From: Lingula anatina | Taxonomy: Eukaryota; Animalia; Brachiopoda | Direction: 5' to 3' | Assembly (NCBI GenBank): GCA_051362555.1 | Contig: JBPQGU010000016.1 | Location: 6,451,795-6,515,794 of the forward strand | DNA: 64,000 nt | Shown: piece by piece, positions 33,416 to 47,300 of the stretch | Layout of the letters: every line of letters begins with the position of its first letter | Position numbering within the stretch: position 1 is the first letter of the stretch | The notes under the pieces: model-generated | What the model was told of the DNA's origin: nothing | Seen by the model: only the letters and a program-made list of their open reading frames with translations | Database searches by the model: none | Position numbers and translations under genes: made by a program

Positions 33416-35077
33416 TACATGTATTAGACCGTGAACATTCGTGAACAGTTTCAACCACAGTCCCTCGCCTGAAATGAGCCATGCCTGTCTGTAATTTGCA
33501 TAACAATTACTTGCTCATCGTAGTGCGAGCTGTATTTCCGAATGCTCAGTAGGCAGTAGGACACAGCTAGGTGAAGACGCAATGTTCAACGTGCGGGTGC
33601 AGTCGCAACGCAGTCGTATGAGGCGTAGAAGCAAATGCATGTTTCGTAAGTAGCACTTTTTCTTCAGTATCGTATGTCAGTTGATAGAAAGAGAGTAGAA
33701 AAATGCAAAGAAATTTGCGACGAGTATTTACGGGTATGTTACTACTCTTTGTTGTCGCTGTCGCCTGTCGTTTCTGTTATGCCACTCAAAATATTATTTA
33801 GCAAATTAGTAAATGGGCATATTACCACAAAGATCACGGACATATTTACATGATGGTACCGTACTTGTCACAGTTCCGAGCTTTTGATCCTAAGACAATG
33901 AACGATAGTCAGTTTTAGTAGGTTTGTTAATTTCATTATACATGTACCTGTAAAATGCTTGTAAGCAGTGTTGAAACACGGGGAAATGATTTATTCTAAA
34001 GCGAAATATGGTTCCCAAACGCGTGATGCAAAGCGATTTTAGATATTACAACTTTATATAGTAGGTAAAATAAATAAATAGTGATAACCTACACAAACTA
34101 GAGGAGTGTTTTCAATATTTTTTTTTTTTCAAAGCAAGATATCTGAAATATCTTTATTACTAACTTCAGGTCTTAAATGTGGCGTTAGGCAACATAGAAT
34201 CGATTGCTTTTTTGGGGTGCTATCTGAGCCTGAACTATGGACAAGTCAGATATTGTTAACATTACCTTCTTATTTCAGAAGTCCACTGAGATACTGAGAA
34301 CTGCACGGCACCTGGCTGCTAGCAACCAAGCCTGTCATTCACCCTCTGGAACCCTACGCTCATCCATGCATCTTTTGTTTTAAAATTGAATAAATACGTT
34401 TGTCATTCCTTGTGTTCTTATTCACTTCCATATGAAATGATGATAAAATATTAATAATAATAATAATAATAATAATAGAGGGTTAGGGGTAAAATTGTAA
34501 AGATATTATTGTTTGAGCACTTTCAAATTAAATCTGCTAAAACTGATCTGTAAGCATTGTGTTTGGGATTGATGATTTCTCCAGTAACAGAGGATGTCGT
34601 AAATCGAAAGGATTAAAAGTTTTGTTAATATGCCCAGTATTTTGTAAATAATTGAGAGCATTTTAAGAATACATCTACAGGATTTCCAACAGCCCACATT
34701 TATAAATACAATTTGTATGAATTTACGATATTGCTTTTTTAAAAATCTGTCCTACATTTTTTATAGTGAGACGGGTTTTTTAATATCTATTTATAAATTA
34801 GTTCATCCTCCCAGATAAAATTTTCTTAATTTAATATAAGTCCATATTCTAAGGGTTTTGGTTTGCTAGAGAAAATTGTTTCAAATTTCACGACCTTCTC
34901 ATCAAACGAACGCTTCAATTTTAAATTAAAACGGAAATATAAGAGATCTTGACACACTTTTGAAATGGGAACAATGAAATTTGCTCCTCCACCCAAAACT
35001 TAGAACTGCATATTCTGATATGTTTGAAAATGTCTCATTAAAATCATAATTAAAATGAATTGATCCTTTTATATAAA

Positions 35078-35537
35078 GAAATGGACTCGCCCCACCTGTC
35101 ACCCCTCAAATCGAATGGACTTGTCCCACCTGTCACCCCTCAGATGAAATGGACTCGCCCCACCTGTCACCCCTCAAATCGAATGGACTCGCCCCACCTG
35201 TCACCCCTCAAATCGAATGGACTCGTCCCACCTGTCACCCCTCAAATGGAATGGACTCACCCCACCTGTCACCCCTCAAATCGAATGGACTCGCCCCACC
35301 TGTCACCCCTCAGATGGAATGGACTCGCCCCACCTGTCACCCCTCAGATGGAATGGACTCGCCCCACCTGTCACCCCTAAGATGAAATGGACTCGCCCCA
35401 CCTGTCACCCCTCAGATGACATGGACTCGCCCCACCTGTCACCCCTCAGATGAAATGGACTCGCCCCACCTGTCACCCCTCAAATCGAATGGACTCGTCC
35501 CACCTGTCACCCCTCAAATCGAATGGACTCGACCCAC
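35078..35537 (+). repeat. 34-bp minisatellite, copy 2, ~13.5 units
   Basis: Same consensus and length as 626-1085. Confidence 0.97.
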
Positions 35538-35558
35538 TTGAAAACTTTCAATGCAGGT

Positions 35559-38455
35559 CAGTGGTGGGTGGAAGGGTATCACGTGATTTTCGGGAGCCAA
35601 TGAAATAAGCAGGAATTTTACACTCCGTTATAGGTAAACAAAATGGCACGTTCGACGCACCAGGAGGATTGTTTATTTAGGAGGCATGCACATGAATTTG
35701 GTGGGTATTTTAAAAGCATTTTACTATTTACAACGATCAGTACCATCTCAACTTAACTCATGTGAAGTGATTTTCAAGTGTTTGGTCTGTTTATGTTTTT
35801 ATGACAATTTAAATTAGGCATAGCTTCATATGTAGTTTGACAATTGTAAACTGAAGTTTTCACACCACAAGCCTTCTTTCAAGTGAAATATCTCGAAAAG
35901 CACTGGGACGATTTTTTTCCAACTTTTCAGTAATGTTGCTCATTTATTTGTTGACAAAAAGTGCCGATGGCACCCGATGGCACCCCTGGATCTTTGGAGT
36001 TATAGACGGTATAATCCTTCATGCCCAATTACGACCATTTTTGTAGGAATGCGTCTTTATAATGTTAAACTCCCTCATTAAAAAGCATATATCTGAAAAA
36101 GTAAACGGTAGATTTTTTCCAAATCTTAATCTGACGTTTTTCGTGTACCTTTTTACATAATATGTAGCCTGCAACTGACAGCACCCCTGGGTCTTGGGAT
36201 ATATAGACAATGCAGTGCCATGGCAAATTACGGCCATTTTTGTTTGAGTGAATTTTGGATCACGCAGACCCCGTCTTTCAAATCAAATATCTGAAAAAGC
36301 AATCGGACAATTATTTTCAAAATTGTCAGAAATGTTGCTTAGATATTGGTTAGCAAAAAGAGCCTATGGCACCCAATGGCACCCCAGGATCTTGAGAATT
36401 ATAGGCTGTATATAGTGCATGCCAAAGTACTGTTTTGGTTATCCCACGGCCAGCATTTATAACAACAGCATAATTGCACTTGTATATCACTTACATGCTT
36501 GTCTGTATTTTAAAGCATAATGTGCAATCTGATCACTATACAAGCACATTCCTACAACTGTTGAAGGGCTAGTCATGGTATTAGTCAGTTACAACTACTT
36601 GTCATTCACTGTGTATGATGTACAAGAGCCTATTATATCTCAACTGTAGCTCCATATAATAGCACTCTTTTATGCCACATAAAGTAATTGGCTCAAGTAC
36701 ATATCAAATAAACATTTTTTTTTAAATACTGATGATAGTCTCATATCTTTTTCAGCATGGACTACAATTTTTATTTTTGAAATGCTGTGCACTATAAAGG
36801 TGAGAAGTAATTCATCGGAATGCCATAGTTGTAAACTTGTGACTTATGTTTCCATTGCTCATCTATTTCGTTAACATTGACAAAAACATGTTCTGTGTTT
36901 GTTTTGCCTAAACTTTCATTTTAATCTTACTATCATAAAAATTGAAATCATATTTAAGTATAATGGTAACAGGTTACCTAAAAAGTTGAAGCCTTATCCA
37001 GTTAAATAATAATAATATCAAATATAAAACATTTACTGCTTTTTAATTTCAGGGAATGGAAACAGCTTTTAACCTCATAATGGGATACCGCCTATGGATT
37101 GTAGCTGAAATTAGAGACTTGAGATAACAGGAATGATGTTTGTTATTTCCAAAATCTGTGCCTTCATGGAGTGTGACATTGTAATAAACATGATTGCTTT
37201 TTAATTACTCAGTCATCAAATGTTAAATTAGTAGTTTGTCACAATATCAAATATTGTATTATCTGCATAGAGAATTCCCCTCATCTTTTGTAAGTTAAGT
37301 TTTGATTAATTAAGTAAAGTGAGTAGTAAGTCTCATGAACTTGGAGAAAATTAAATACTGCAGATCTTGAAAAACCTTCGTTTATTGTGATTTCTGTCAG
37401 ATATGAGGATTTGTAAATGTTGATAATACATTACATTTTCTGTCTCTTATTATATGCATTTACCATGATTTCTCACTCTGAGTAATGTTCGCATCTGGCA
37501 AACTAACTTGAAATTCAAGGCATATTTTATAGTTTTAAAAAAGTGATATTAAAATCTGACCAATACGAATTTAAAGTAATCTGAATTCTATCAGGATTTC
37601 AGTCTTGCCTGTGCTATGTATGTATTTGTAGGTTGTCACCCTTTTAAATCATTTAAAAAGTATTATTATATTATTTCAATATTTTGTGAATATTTAAATG
37701 AGTTATAAAATTTATAAGAAAAATGTAAGAAATAAAATATACTGTTAATTATTTTTTTATGAAATATGTGAAATAAAAAGTTTATAATCATATCAAAGTT
37801 CTTCCATTTGTTTATGATAATTTTGTCATTTTACATTTTCTTTGCCTTAAACTTTGGTCAAGCTTACTTTCAAAAAAAAAAAAAAAAAAAAAAAACTTTG
37901 TCACATGCCCTTTCTTATAGTTATCTGAATTATCAACTTGTCATAATTTACTATTTTAATTTCTAGAGTTAATTATTATTCTTATTCAAACAAGAAATTA
38001 TCAATTATACACAGAAAAATTAAAGTCAATAACAAATCAACACTGCCAGCAAATTTTACTCTGCCCAAGCTACAGTCACTATATATAGGATAGTAGGCCT
38101 ACACACTGACAGAGATGTGATACCTATGCCACGGTGACATTTTACAACTCTACTCGTCGGTTTGTTGATCATAAATTGCACATTTTTTCAAGTGTTTCAT
38201 TATTAGTTTGTAGCATCCATATTTATATTTATATACATTTATACATAATGAAACAAAGTCGGCGTAACGTTACGCAAATGCCCCAATAAACAATGCATCG
38301 CACACAGTTGCGCCAACGCTTTACTGGACGAAGACGCAGGAAGACGTCGCCGGGAGCTCACTTTCGATGTTCACTCTTCGACGGCAAAACGTCAAATGAC
38401 TGACGTGCGTGCGCATCATTTGACGTATCACGTGATACCCTTCCAACCACCACTG
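35559..38455. mobile_element. TIR DNA transposon, copy 2
   Basis: Same TIRs and same AATGCAGGT TSD as 1107-3999. Confidence 0.9.
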
Positions 38456-39254
38456 AATGCAGGTCGTCTTCTTACAGGGTCTAGCTATCCAGTGACCAAC
38501 CAGGAGCATAGCTTGCACTGCGATGCGCGACTTTTTCTTATGCAAATTACAACTGGTACAGTGCATGGCACATTTGAGGAGTTGCTGTGGAAATTGGTCT
38601 CAAAGAACGGCGAAATTATGGAAATTATTTTACTATTGTGACAAGGCTATTACCCGCGTAGACCTATTTGTCACCATACATAATATTTTTCTAGGACAAC
38701 TAGTTTATATTAAATCAAAAACTAAAAATAGCAATGAAGATAGGTATAACAAGTAAATGATGATGCTCATACATTCGGGGAGTAGCTTTGCGTAGGATGA
38801 AATATATTGTATTGTACGCCCCCCTGGCTGTCGATTGTAAGTAATAGACATAAACTGGCCCGCTCGAAGATTCTGCGGGTCCGTGGTCAAAGTTAAATAA
38901 AAATAACCATGATTAAGGGAAGTTATTGAAGTTATCAATTTAAGATTTTAGAGATACTAATAAATTTACCTTTTTTAACACTGGTCGTATTCACAAAAGA
39001 TCGTAAACATTACAGAGAGAAGGAAAAGTACCCAAGAGAAGGGAGGTGGGGGGGGGTGTGAAGGAGCGCAATGTGAAACAAATTAATATTATGTTCTTAT
39101 TTATCTATTCAATTTCATAAATAATTTGTAAACTCTTCACTCTTGATTCAAATAAATAAAAAGCAACAATTAAAACTTGTAGTACTTGCCACAGAAGCCA
39201 AACTGAAGTAAAACATTTGAAATAGCATAAAAAGAGGAAGACAAGTAAAAAAAA

Positions 39255-41120
39255 TTAAATTCTCAAATTTTTAGAAACTAATAATCTTTCTTCGACAGTA
39301 TCCTTAACATAACCGTCTTTTGTGTTTTCAGATCGCCATCTACCGTGTTTCTTAAACAGTCTGTCTTTAGTCCCTGCATTAGAATCCAGCATATGAAATC
39401 AAACAAACGGAAAGTACTCGGAGATCCTTCAAAGTGACTTCAGAACTCATAAAATTAGTAACCAATTTAGAAATGTGCTTAGCAGTTACAGGTTCCTTTT
39501 TTGTTACTCTATGATCTTTCCGTCTCTGAGATGCTTCCTTCACTGCAATAACGAATTTTGACTCGCAATTTCGGATTTTTCTTACAGTTGGCTGTACCAT
39601 GAAACCATTTTAAAGTGTAAAAAGATGTCTAAACCGCAGCAGAATAATTACAAGTTTGTGACAAATTTTGAAGATAAAAAGCAACAATCGAGTCTTTCGC
39701 TGTAAAGAAAGAGGTCACACCGATCGTATTACACCGTTCAAGCCATTTTTGGAAGCCGTAAGAATATTTTCTCACTGTGTTGTCTGCTCTTGACTTCAAA
39801 ATGACATCTGGTAATGAATCTGCTAAAGCCTTCAAACTTTTATTGCTTGTAACCTCCACGTCTTGAAGGATAGCATTATCAAGAAAACATGAAAAAGGAA
39901 AAAAAGAAAATTTTTGAAAACAAAACTCTAGCAATCGTTCCCATAATCTCTGTTCATCCTGGACAATAATCATGTCCATGTTAACTGTCATTGATCAATG
40001 ATTGTGATCCTAATGGCCATTTCTTCCATTCCTTCCTTCAATGTTGCAGAACTCCATTACAGCATGTTGTATCGATAACCCATTGGTAACTAGAGCGCAG
40101 ACCTCCGCCAAGGCAGCGATTTTTTATTATTATTGATTTTTGATTGATTATTGATCCGGATCACCACCAAAAAATAATCATCTCTTCCTTGGCCCACTTG
40201 GTGCAGTTCCTGAAAAATTCATCAAAATCGGTCTAAGAAATACATAAACAAAGCCATCTCCATTATATCAATGATCCAGTGATCGTCTGTTTATCTCTCC
40301 TTCGAAGAAAGTGAGTTTTAAATTCTATAAACAGATGACCAATTATTCATATACTTTAAATCCCTTTAAATATGAAAAACTTATTCGTATTTAAAACAAA
40401 TGGTCCCAAACCGGGTTTCCTGGCATCTGAATAGACCGTTTTTAACTTACTAGGCAAGCTTTGTACACGTAGACTTTTCTCATTTAAAAAAAAAAAGAAA
40501 ACTAAATTGTCTTTCCAAAAATTAATTCTTTAATGCAAGACATTCGTCTTTAATATTAATATTAAAATCCCAATGCTTCCTCTAGTTATTTATCTAGATA
40601 CATTTCCAATCAATGGAGACATAATAATAAAACAGAAATAATTTTACCTGTAACCCTGGCCAATTTTATAGCTGTTATATACGGTAAATCTGAAACCAAT
40701 TCGTCTAAAAGACACAGAGCATTACTAGTACATGTAGAAAGCCTTCTTTCGGGAATAAACAATCCCCTTACTTCCATGTCCCAAATAATCCCCAACCATT
40801 CCAATTTGTTGACTGGTTCTAATTTACTTTTTTCAGCGTTTAAAACAAAATCTGCTTTAAACAGATCCATTTTAATTTTTTAGAATGTAGTTTTAAATGT
40901 AATATATTTTTCTAGGGAATTTTCAGACACAATACCGTCATCTAAATAAACAACAATGGGGATTCCATTTTTCTCCAATACCCAACTAAACGTCTAAGTA
41001 TTTTAGTAAAAATAAACGGTGCTGAAGAAAGGCCAAACGAAAGTACCAAAAAAAAAAAAAAAGAATTCTTTCCGTTGATTTAAAAAAGTTTGAGATGCCG
41101 GAGCAATATCTAAATGGTGA
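39255..41120 (-). mobile_element. DIRS/Ngaro-type relic, copy 2 (retains extra YR segment)
   Basis: As 4794-6545, plus KKEPVTAKHISKLV...LKDLRVLSVCLISYAGF (ORF 39379..39600). Confidence 0.9.
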
Positions 41121-41159
41121 ATAAATAAATAAACACAACACTTAACTGCAGAATTATCT

Positions 41160-41862
41160 CAACAAATATTATCTGTGGTCTTGCTCACATTCCCAAAAGT
41201 GAGAGTGTAATATGCCTTTGGTCCATGCAACCAGATCTCTTGTCCTCCTTGTCTGTTCAGCCTAAAATATAAAATTGCAAGACAGCTATTTAATTCTTAA
41301 TGCATAACTCTATTAAAAAGGAAAATGTCCATGATGGAAAAAAACTCATTTATTTTTTCTACCTGAAGATATGGAAAATGGTGCAATAGTTTGTGTTGTT
41401 CTCATGCATATCTACTCACAGTGATTTTTGCCCCATGCCAAATGTCCCACGAATGTTTTATCCCGATTCATTTTTTTTTTCTGAAATAAGAAAAATTTAG
41501 CTAAATATATAAAGAGATATAACAAAAAAAATAGCAAGAATTGCAACTAAATAATCACATACATGTAGATACATTTCACATACTAAATTTGCTTTCTAAT
41601 TATTATAGTAAGACCTAAACAGCACTTTGTACTTAAGTGTGCAACAAGGGCAACTTTGACCACTTCTGTTGCACTGATTCCTTTTTTTTTTCAGGAAATC
41701 CATAGCCCTGACAAACCCTTCCTTCTCCATTACAGAGCTACTCAGCTTGGTTTCTTTCTTCCTTACAACTTCTGCTTCCAACACATCCCCTGTTTCATAG
41801 TCAACAATAATGCTCGCGCAATATTGTGCACTATGTTCTGGGCTGTCCATTCTGCCATCAAC
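41160..41862 (-). pseudogene. Intron-containing DDE transposase relic, copy 2
   Basis: DGRMDSPEHSAQYC...MEKEGF (ORF 41596..41850); extra small deletion in the DIWH exon. Confidence 0.75.
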
Positions 41863-42076
41863 TATGAATAAATGGGATATATCGAAACACGGACATCATA
41901 AATATGTGGTGCGACAATTCCTAAAACAACACTTGGTGGGATTTAGGACACATTCCTATAGACACCACAGGTCTACATTGATCGACCAGACTTGGCATGG
42001 ATTTTCACTGCTATCAGCTGAATAGGTAACCCCCCCCCCCCCCTCTAAGAAATAAAATTGTTCATGTTCCTTTTGT

Positions 42077-42143
<67 letters not shown>

Positions 42144-43039
42144 CCAAAGGAATAGAGGGTAATAAGTCATACTCAAATTATATTTTAGGATGCCAACCCA
42201 TGTTATTTTCATCTTATTCCTTCTCAAAGTGTGTCTTGCCTTTAAATGTAAAGCTCTATGTTATTTAATGAAAGACAATATAAGTTCCATCTGTTTAGAG
42301 ATGTATGTCGGTCTGCTTTATAGCAATTAAGTCCCTGCTGTGGTTTAGGCCTACTGGTCACAACCAGAACATCAGAACCACTGCTTCCATCCACCGCTTC
42401 TACTTGTGGACATGGTGGACATACACTTGATATAGAAACAAAACACGCATTTAGTTAAAATTTTAGATTAATCCATTTAATCCATAAAGTTTAAATAACA
42501 CATTTGCAATAAAGTTTTTGATTAAGTTTTTTATCAAAATTAAAATAGATTATTGTAATAATGTTATTAAAGTATGTGCCCTTTTTCAAATGCAAAGAAT
42601 GCAAAGCAACCCTTATATATACATGTACCTGTATATAAATATGTTTGATAAGATCTCTTGGAGATATTTAAGCACATTTAAAAGACACTCACTCAGAAAC
42701 AGAGTTTTCAATATCGCTTAATTTGGGATCAGGAATGGACTTAGCAGTGGTCCTCACCCTCGCCTGAACAAAGAAGCTCAAACAAATCAAGAACAAATCA
42801 ATATCCGAATAACGACGGTGATATGGCCCTGCTGGCGCATATTAATTTCGTGATCTGTAAACACAGGGAATCAGCAGTTGTAAACATTCTCTTATAGTAT
42901 ATTTTGAACAAGCTGTCTGTACAGGGAGGGGGGGGGGGGCGGGGTCGGCCCGCCCCCTTAAAATATTCCTGGATCCGCCCCTGGATCCGCCACATGGTAC
43001 CTATCTGTATCTTAAAAAAAAAAAACTGCTGGTATATGA

Positions 43040-43190
43040 TAGACGGGAAGAGGGAGCGCATGGGAAATGACGGTGTAGGCCGGATCTAAAGCCTTCCACA
43101 GTTTCAGCAGTAACTTGTTGGTCACTTCGTTCATTCCACTCGGTGACTGTTCTGGTAAAGAAAGAGTTTCAAACTGGTGTGTCGCAGTGT
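43040..43190 (-). mobile_element. Non-LTR retrotransposon 3' fragment, copy 2
   Basis: NSFFTRTVTEWNE...FRSGL on the minus strand. Confidence 0.7.
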
Positions 43191-44357
43191 GATTCTTGCA
43201 CTTAAAGTTTGTTTTAAATCCTAATATTAGCACATAAATGTAATTTATTCTAAAATGTGAGGCCTAATTATAAGGAGCTACGGGCAAATTTCTTCAACAA
43301 TCAGTTTCTTTTTCAAACTGATTGTTTGACACATCATGATAACAACGGAAACCACCAAACTTCAATTAAGATAATTAATTGTATTTATGTAGCAAATGGG
43401 TTGTTTTAGTGGTGGTATTAACTTTTTGGTAATACATCAACGTTTTGTTTATAGGAAATTAGTCTGGTTAGTTAGTAGTAGGTAGTAGGATGGTAGTTTG
43501 GGTCTTGTGTCTTCACATTTTTACCTTAAGTAGTTGACCAAGGCAAGGTGATAACAGATGTCCCGGGTTTAGGAATTTCTTAGCTGCTGTGTATCTAGGC
43601 ACACACATTTGCACCCCCACCTTTAATAATTATATATTTCTTTTTAGTTACCCGCACGAAAATGCAGTAGTATCGAAGTAGCAAAGCGGCGGGAGCATAT
43701 TTGCAGAATAGCCTACTGCAATTCTACTCCAAAAAGTACATAGGTTTGTACAGAGAGGAGCATAAATGCATAATTTTTTTACTTCCCATGACAAAACACC
43801 CCGGTGACTCCCTTCGCCACATAAGTTTTCATGTAATTATTAAACAGAGCAAAAAATCTCCCTATTTCTGTAGAATTATAAATTTTATGAAAGATGTTTT
43901 TGGGACTAATTCTATTGAGCTGCATTCAGTGAGAAGTCGTTCAGCTTTGTAGCTGCGGAGATATTGACGGCCGCACTAAAAAATTCCTGCAAAACTGCAT
44001 GAACAGAATATTTTGGTGAAACATTTCCTATTCTCATAGACAGCAGACTCACTGACGTAACTCCCAATGCCACAAAAAGTTACTTTTCATACCGGCAGTA
44101 CTGTAATTGAACATGTGCATTCTCTTGTTTGTAAACAAACCACTGCACTGCTCACAGTTGTAAGCTCCCTCCGCCAGATGTCCGAAACTGTACAGCACTG
44201 AGCCAGGTCTCGCCCAAAAATAAGAAGCAATTTAGGCCCCAACCTGCTACTTGACACCAAATTAACCACTAGCAACACACAAAAAATGTCAGGAAAAAAA
44301 CTGGAAACAATCACTAATTTTTCAAGCAGAACTTCATTCGTCTATAACAGTCCGTGA

Positions 44358-47300
44358 TTGGCCAGGTAGGGATGAAAATTTTTTTTCTTCATTATAGTGT
44401 CAGGTAGGTGTGTTCGGTCATTTGTAGTAAGAATAAAGTGCTGGAAGAGTGGTGGTGTCAACATTAAGGAAGAAATAGAGCAAAAACTCTCTCTCCCCCC
44501 CCCCCTCTCAGATTCTGTTCTCAGAGCTTATTTTTGGATCATCTTTAAAGCTAGAATTGGGGGCCTTGATGAAGTGACCCGGGCGCGTTTACACATTTTT
44601 TATGAATGACAGGTGTGGTAGATTGATTTTCGTCACTTTTTGGAAAAATCGGAGACGGGTCGATTTTTGGTGATTTTGAGTGATTTTGAACAGTGCCGGC
44701 ACTGTGAGATTTCTTCAATTTTGGCCAGGTAGGGATGAAAATTTTTTTTCTTCATTATAGTGTCAGGTAGGTGTGTTCGGTCATTTGTAGTAAGAATAAA
44801 GTGCTGGAAGAGTGGTGGTGTCAACATTAAGGAAGAAATAGAGCAAAAACTCTCTCTCCCCCCCCCCCTCTCAGATTCTGTTCTCAGAGCTTATTTTTGG
44901 ATCATCTTTAAAGCTAGAATTGGGGGCCTTGATGAAGTGACCCGGGCGCATTTCCACATTTTTTATGAATGACAGGTGTGGTAGATTGATTTTCGTCACT
45001 TTTTGGAAAAATCGGAGACGGGTTGATTTTTGGTGATTTTGAGTGATTTTGAACAGTGCCGGCACTGTGAGATTTCTTCAATTTTGGCCAGGTAGGGATG
45101 ATAATTTTTTTTCTTCATTATAGTGTCAGGTAGGTGTGTTCGGTCATTTGTAGTAAGAATAAAGTGCTGGAAGAGTGGTGGTGTCAACATTAAGGAAGAA
45201 ATAGAGCAAAAACTCTCTCTCCCCCCCCCCCCCTCTCAGATTCTGTTCTCAGAGCTTATTTTTGGATCATCTTTAAAGCTAGAATTGGGGGCCTTGATGA
45301 AGTGACCCGGGCGCGTTTCCACATTTTTTATGAATGACAGGTGTGGTAGATTGATTTTCGTCACTTTTTGGAAAAATCGGAGACGGGTCGATTTTTGGTG
45401 ATTTTGAGTGATTTTGAACAGTGCCGGCACTGTGAGATTTCTTCAATTTTGGCCAGGTAGGGATGAAAATTTTTTTTCTTCATTATAGTGTCAGGTAGGT
45501 GTGTTCGGTCATTTGTAGTAAGAATAAAGTGCTGGAAGAGTGGTGGTGTCAACATTAAGGAAGAAATAGAGCAAAAACTCTCTCTCCCCCCCCCCCTCTC
45601 AGATTCTGTTCTCAGAGCTTATTTTTGGATCATCTTTAAAGCTAGAATTGGGGGCCTTGATGAAGTGACCCGGGCGCATTTCCACATTTTTTATGAATGA
45701 CAGGTGTGGTAGATTGATTTTCGTCACTTTTTGGAAAAATCGGAGACGGGTTGATTTTTGGTGATTTTGAGTGATTTTGAACAGTGCCGGCACTGTGAGA
45801 TTTCTTCAATTTTGGCCAGGTAGGGATGATAATTTTTTTTCTTCATTATAGTGTCAGGGTAGGTGTGTTCGGTCATTTGTAGTAAGAATAAAGTGCTGGA
45901 AGAGTGGTGGTGTCAACATTAAGGAAGAAATAGAGCAAAAACTCTCTCTCCCCCCCCCCCCTCTCAGATTCTGTTCTCAGAGCTTATTTTTGGATCATCT
46001 TTAAAGCTAGAATTGGGGGCCTTGATGAAGTGACCCGGGCGCGTTTCCACATTTTTTATGAATGACAGGTGTGGTAGATTGATTTTCGTCACTTTTTGGA
46101 AAAATCGGAGACGGGTCGATTTTTGGTGATTTTGAGTGATTTTGAACAGTGCCGGCACTGTGAGATTTCTTCAATTTTGGCCAGGTAGGGATGAAAATTT
46201 TTTTTCTTCATTATAGTGTCAGGTAGGTGTGTTCGGTCATTTGTAGTAAGAATAAAGTGCTGGAAGAGTGGTGGTGTCAACATTAAGGAAGAAATAGAGC
46301 AAAAACTCTCTCTCCCCCCCCCCCCTCTCAGATTCTGTTCTCAGAGCTTATTTTTGGATCATCTTTAAAGCTAGAATTGGGGGCCTTGATGAAGTGACCC
46401 GGGCGCATTTCCACATTTTTTATGAATGACAGGTGTGGTAGATTGATTTTCGTCACTTTTTGGAAAAATCGGAGACGGGTTGATTTTTGGTGATTTTGAG
46501 TGATTTTGAACAGTGCCGGCACTGTGAGATTTCTTCAATTTTGGCCAGGTAGGGATGATAATTTTTTTTCTTCATTATAGTGTCAGGTAGGTGTGTTCGG
46601 TCATTTGTAGTAAGAATAAAGTGCTGGAAGAGTGGTGGTGTCAACATTAAGGAAGAAATAGAGCAAAAACTCTCTCTCCCCCCCCCCCCCTCTCAGATTC
46701 TGTTCTCAGAGCTTATTTTTGGATCATCTTTAAAGCTAGAATTGGGGGCCTTGATGAAGTGACCCGGGCGCGTTTCCACATTTTTTATGAATGACAGGTG
46801 TGGTAGATTGATTTTCGTCACTTTTTGGAAAAATCGGAGACGGGTCGATTTTTGGTGATTTTGAGTGATTTTGAACAGTGCCGGCACTGTGAGATTTCTT
46901 CAATTTTGGCCAGGTAGGGATGAAAATTTTTTTTCTTCATTATAGTGTCAGGTAGGTGTGTTCGGTCATTTGTAGTAAGAATAAAGTGCTGGAAGAGTGG
47001 TGGTGTCAACATTAAGGAAGAAATAGAGCAAAAACTCTCTCTCCCCCCCCCCTCTCAGATTCTGTTCTCAGAGCTTATTTTTGGATCATCTTTAAAGCTA
47101 GAATTGGGGGCCTTGATGAAGTGACCCGGGCGCATTTCCACATTTTTTATGAATGACAGGTGTGGTAGATTGATTTTCGTCACTTTTTGGAAAAATCGGA
47201 GACGGGTTGATTTTTGGTGATTTTGAGTGATTTTGAACAGTGCCGGCACTGTGAGATTTCTTCAATTTTGGCCAGGTAGGGATGATAATTTTTTTTCTTC

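Larger units (their letters stand above)
34444..44357 (+). repeat. Large direct duplication, copy 2 of non-satellite block
   Basis: Collinear near-identical match to 1-9800. Confidence 0.97.
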
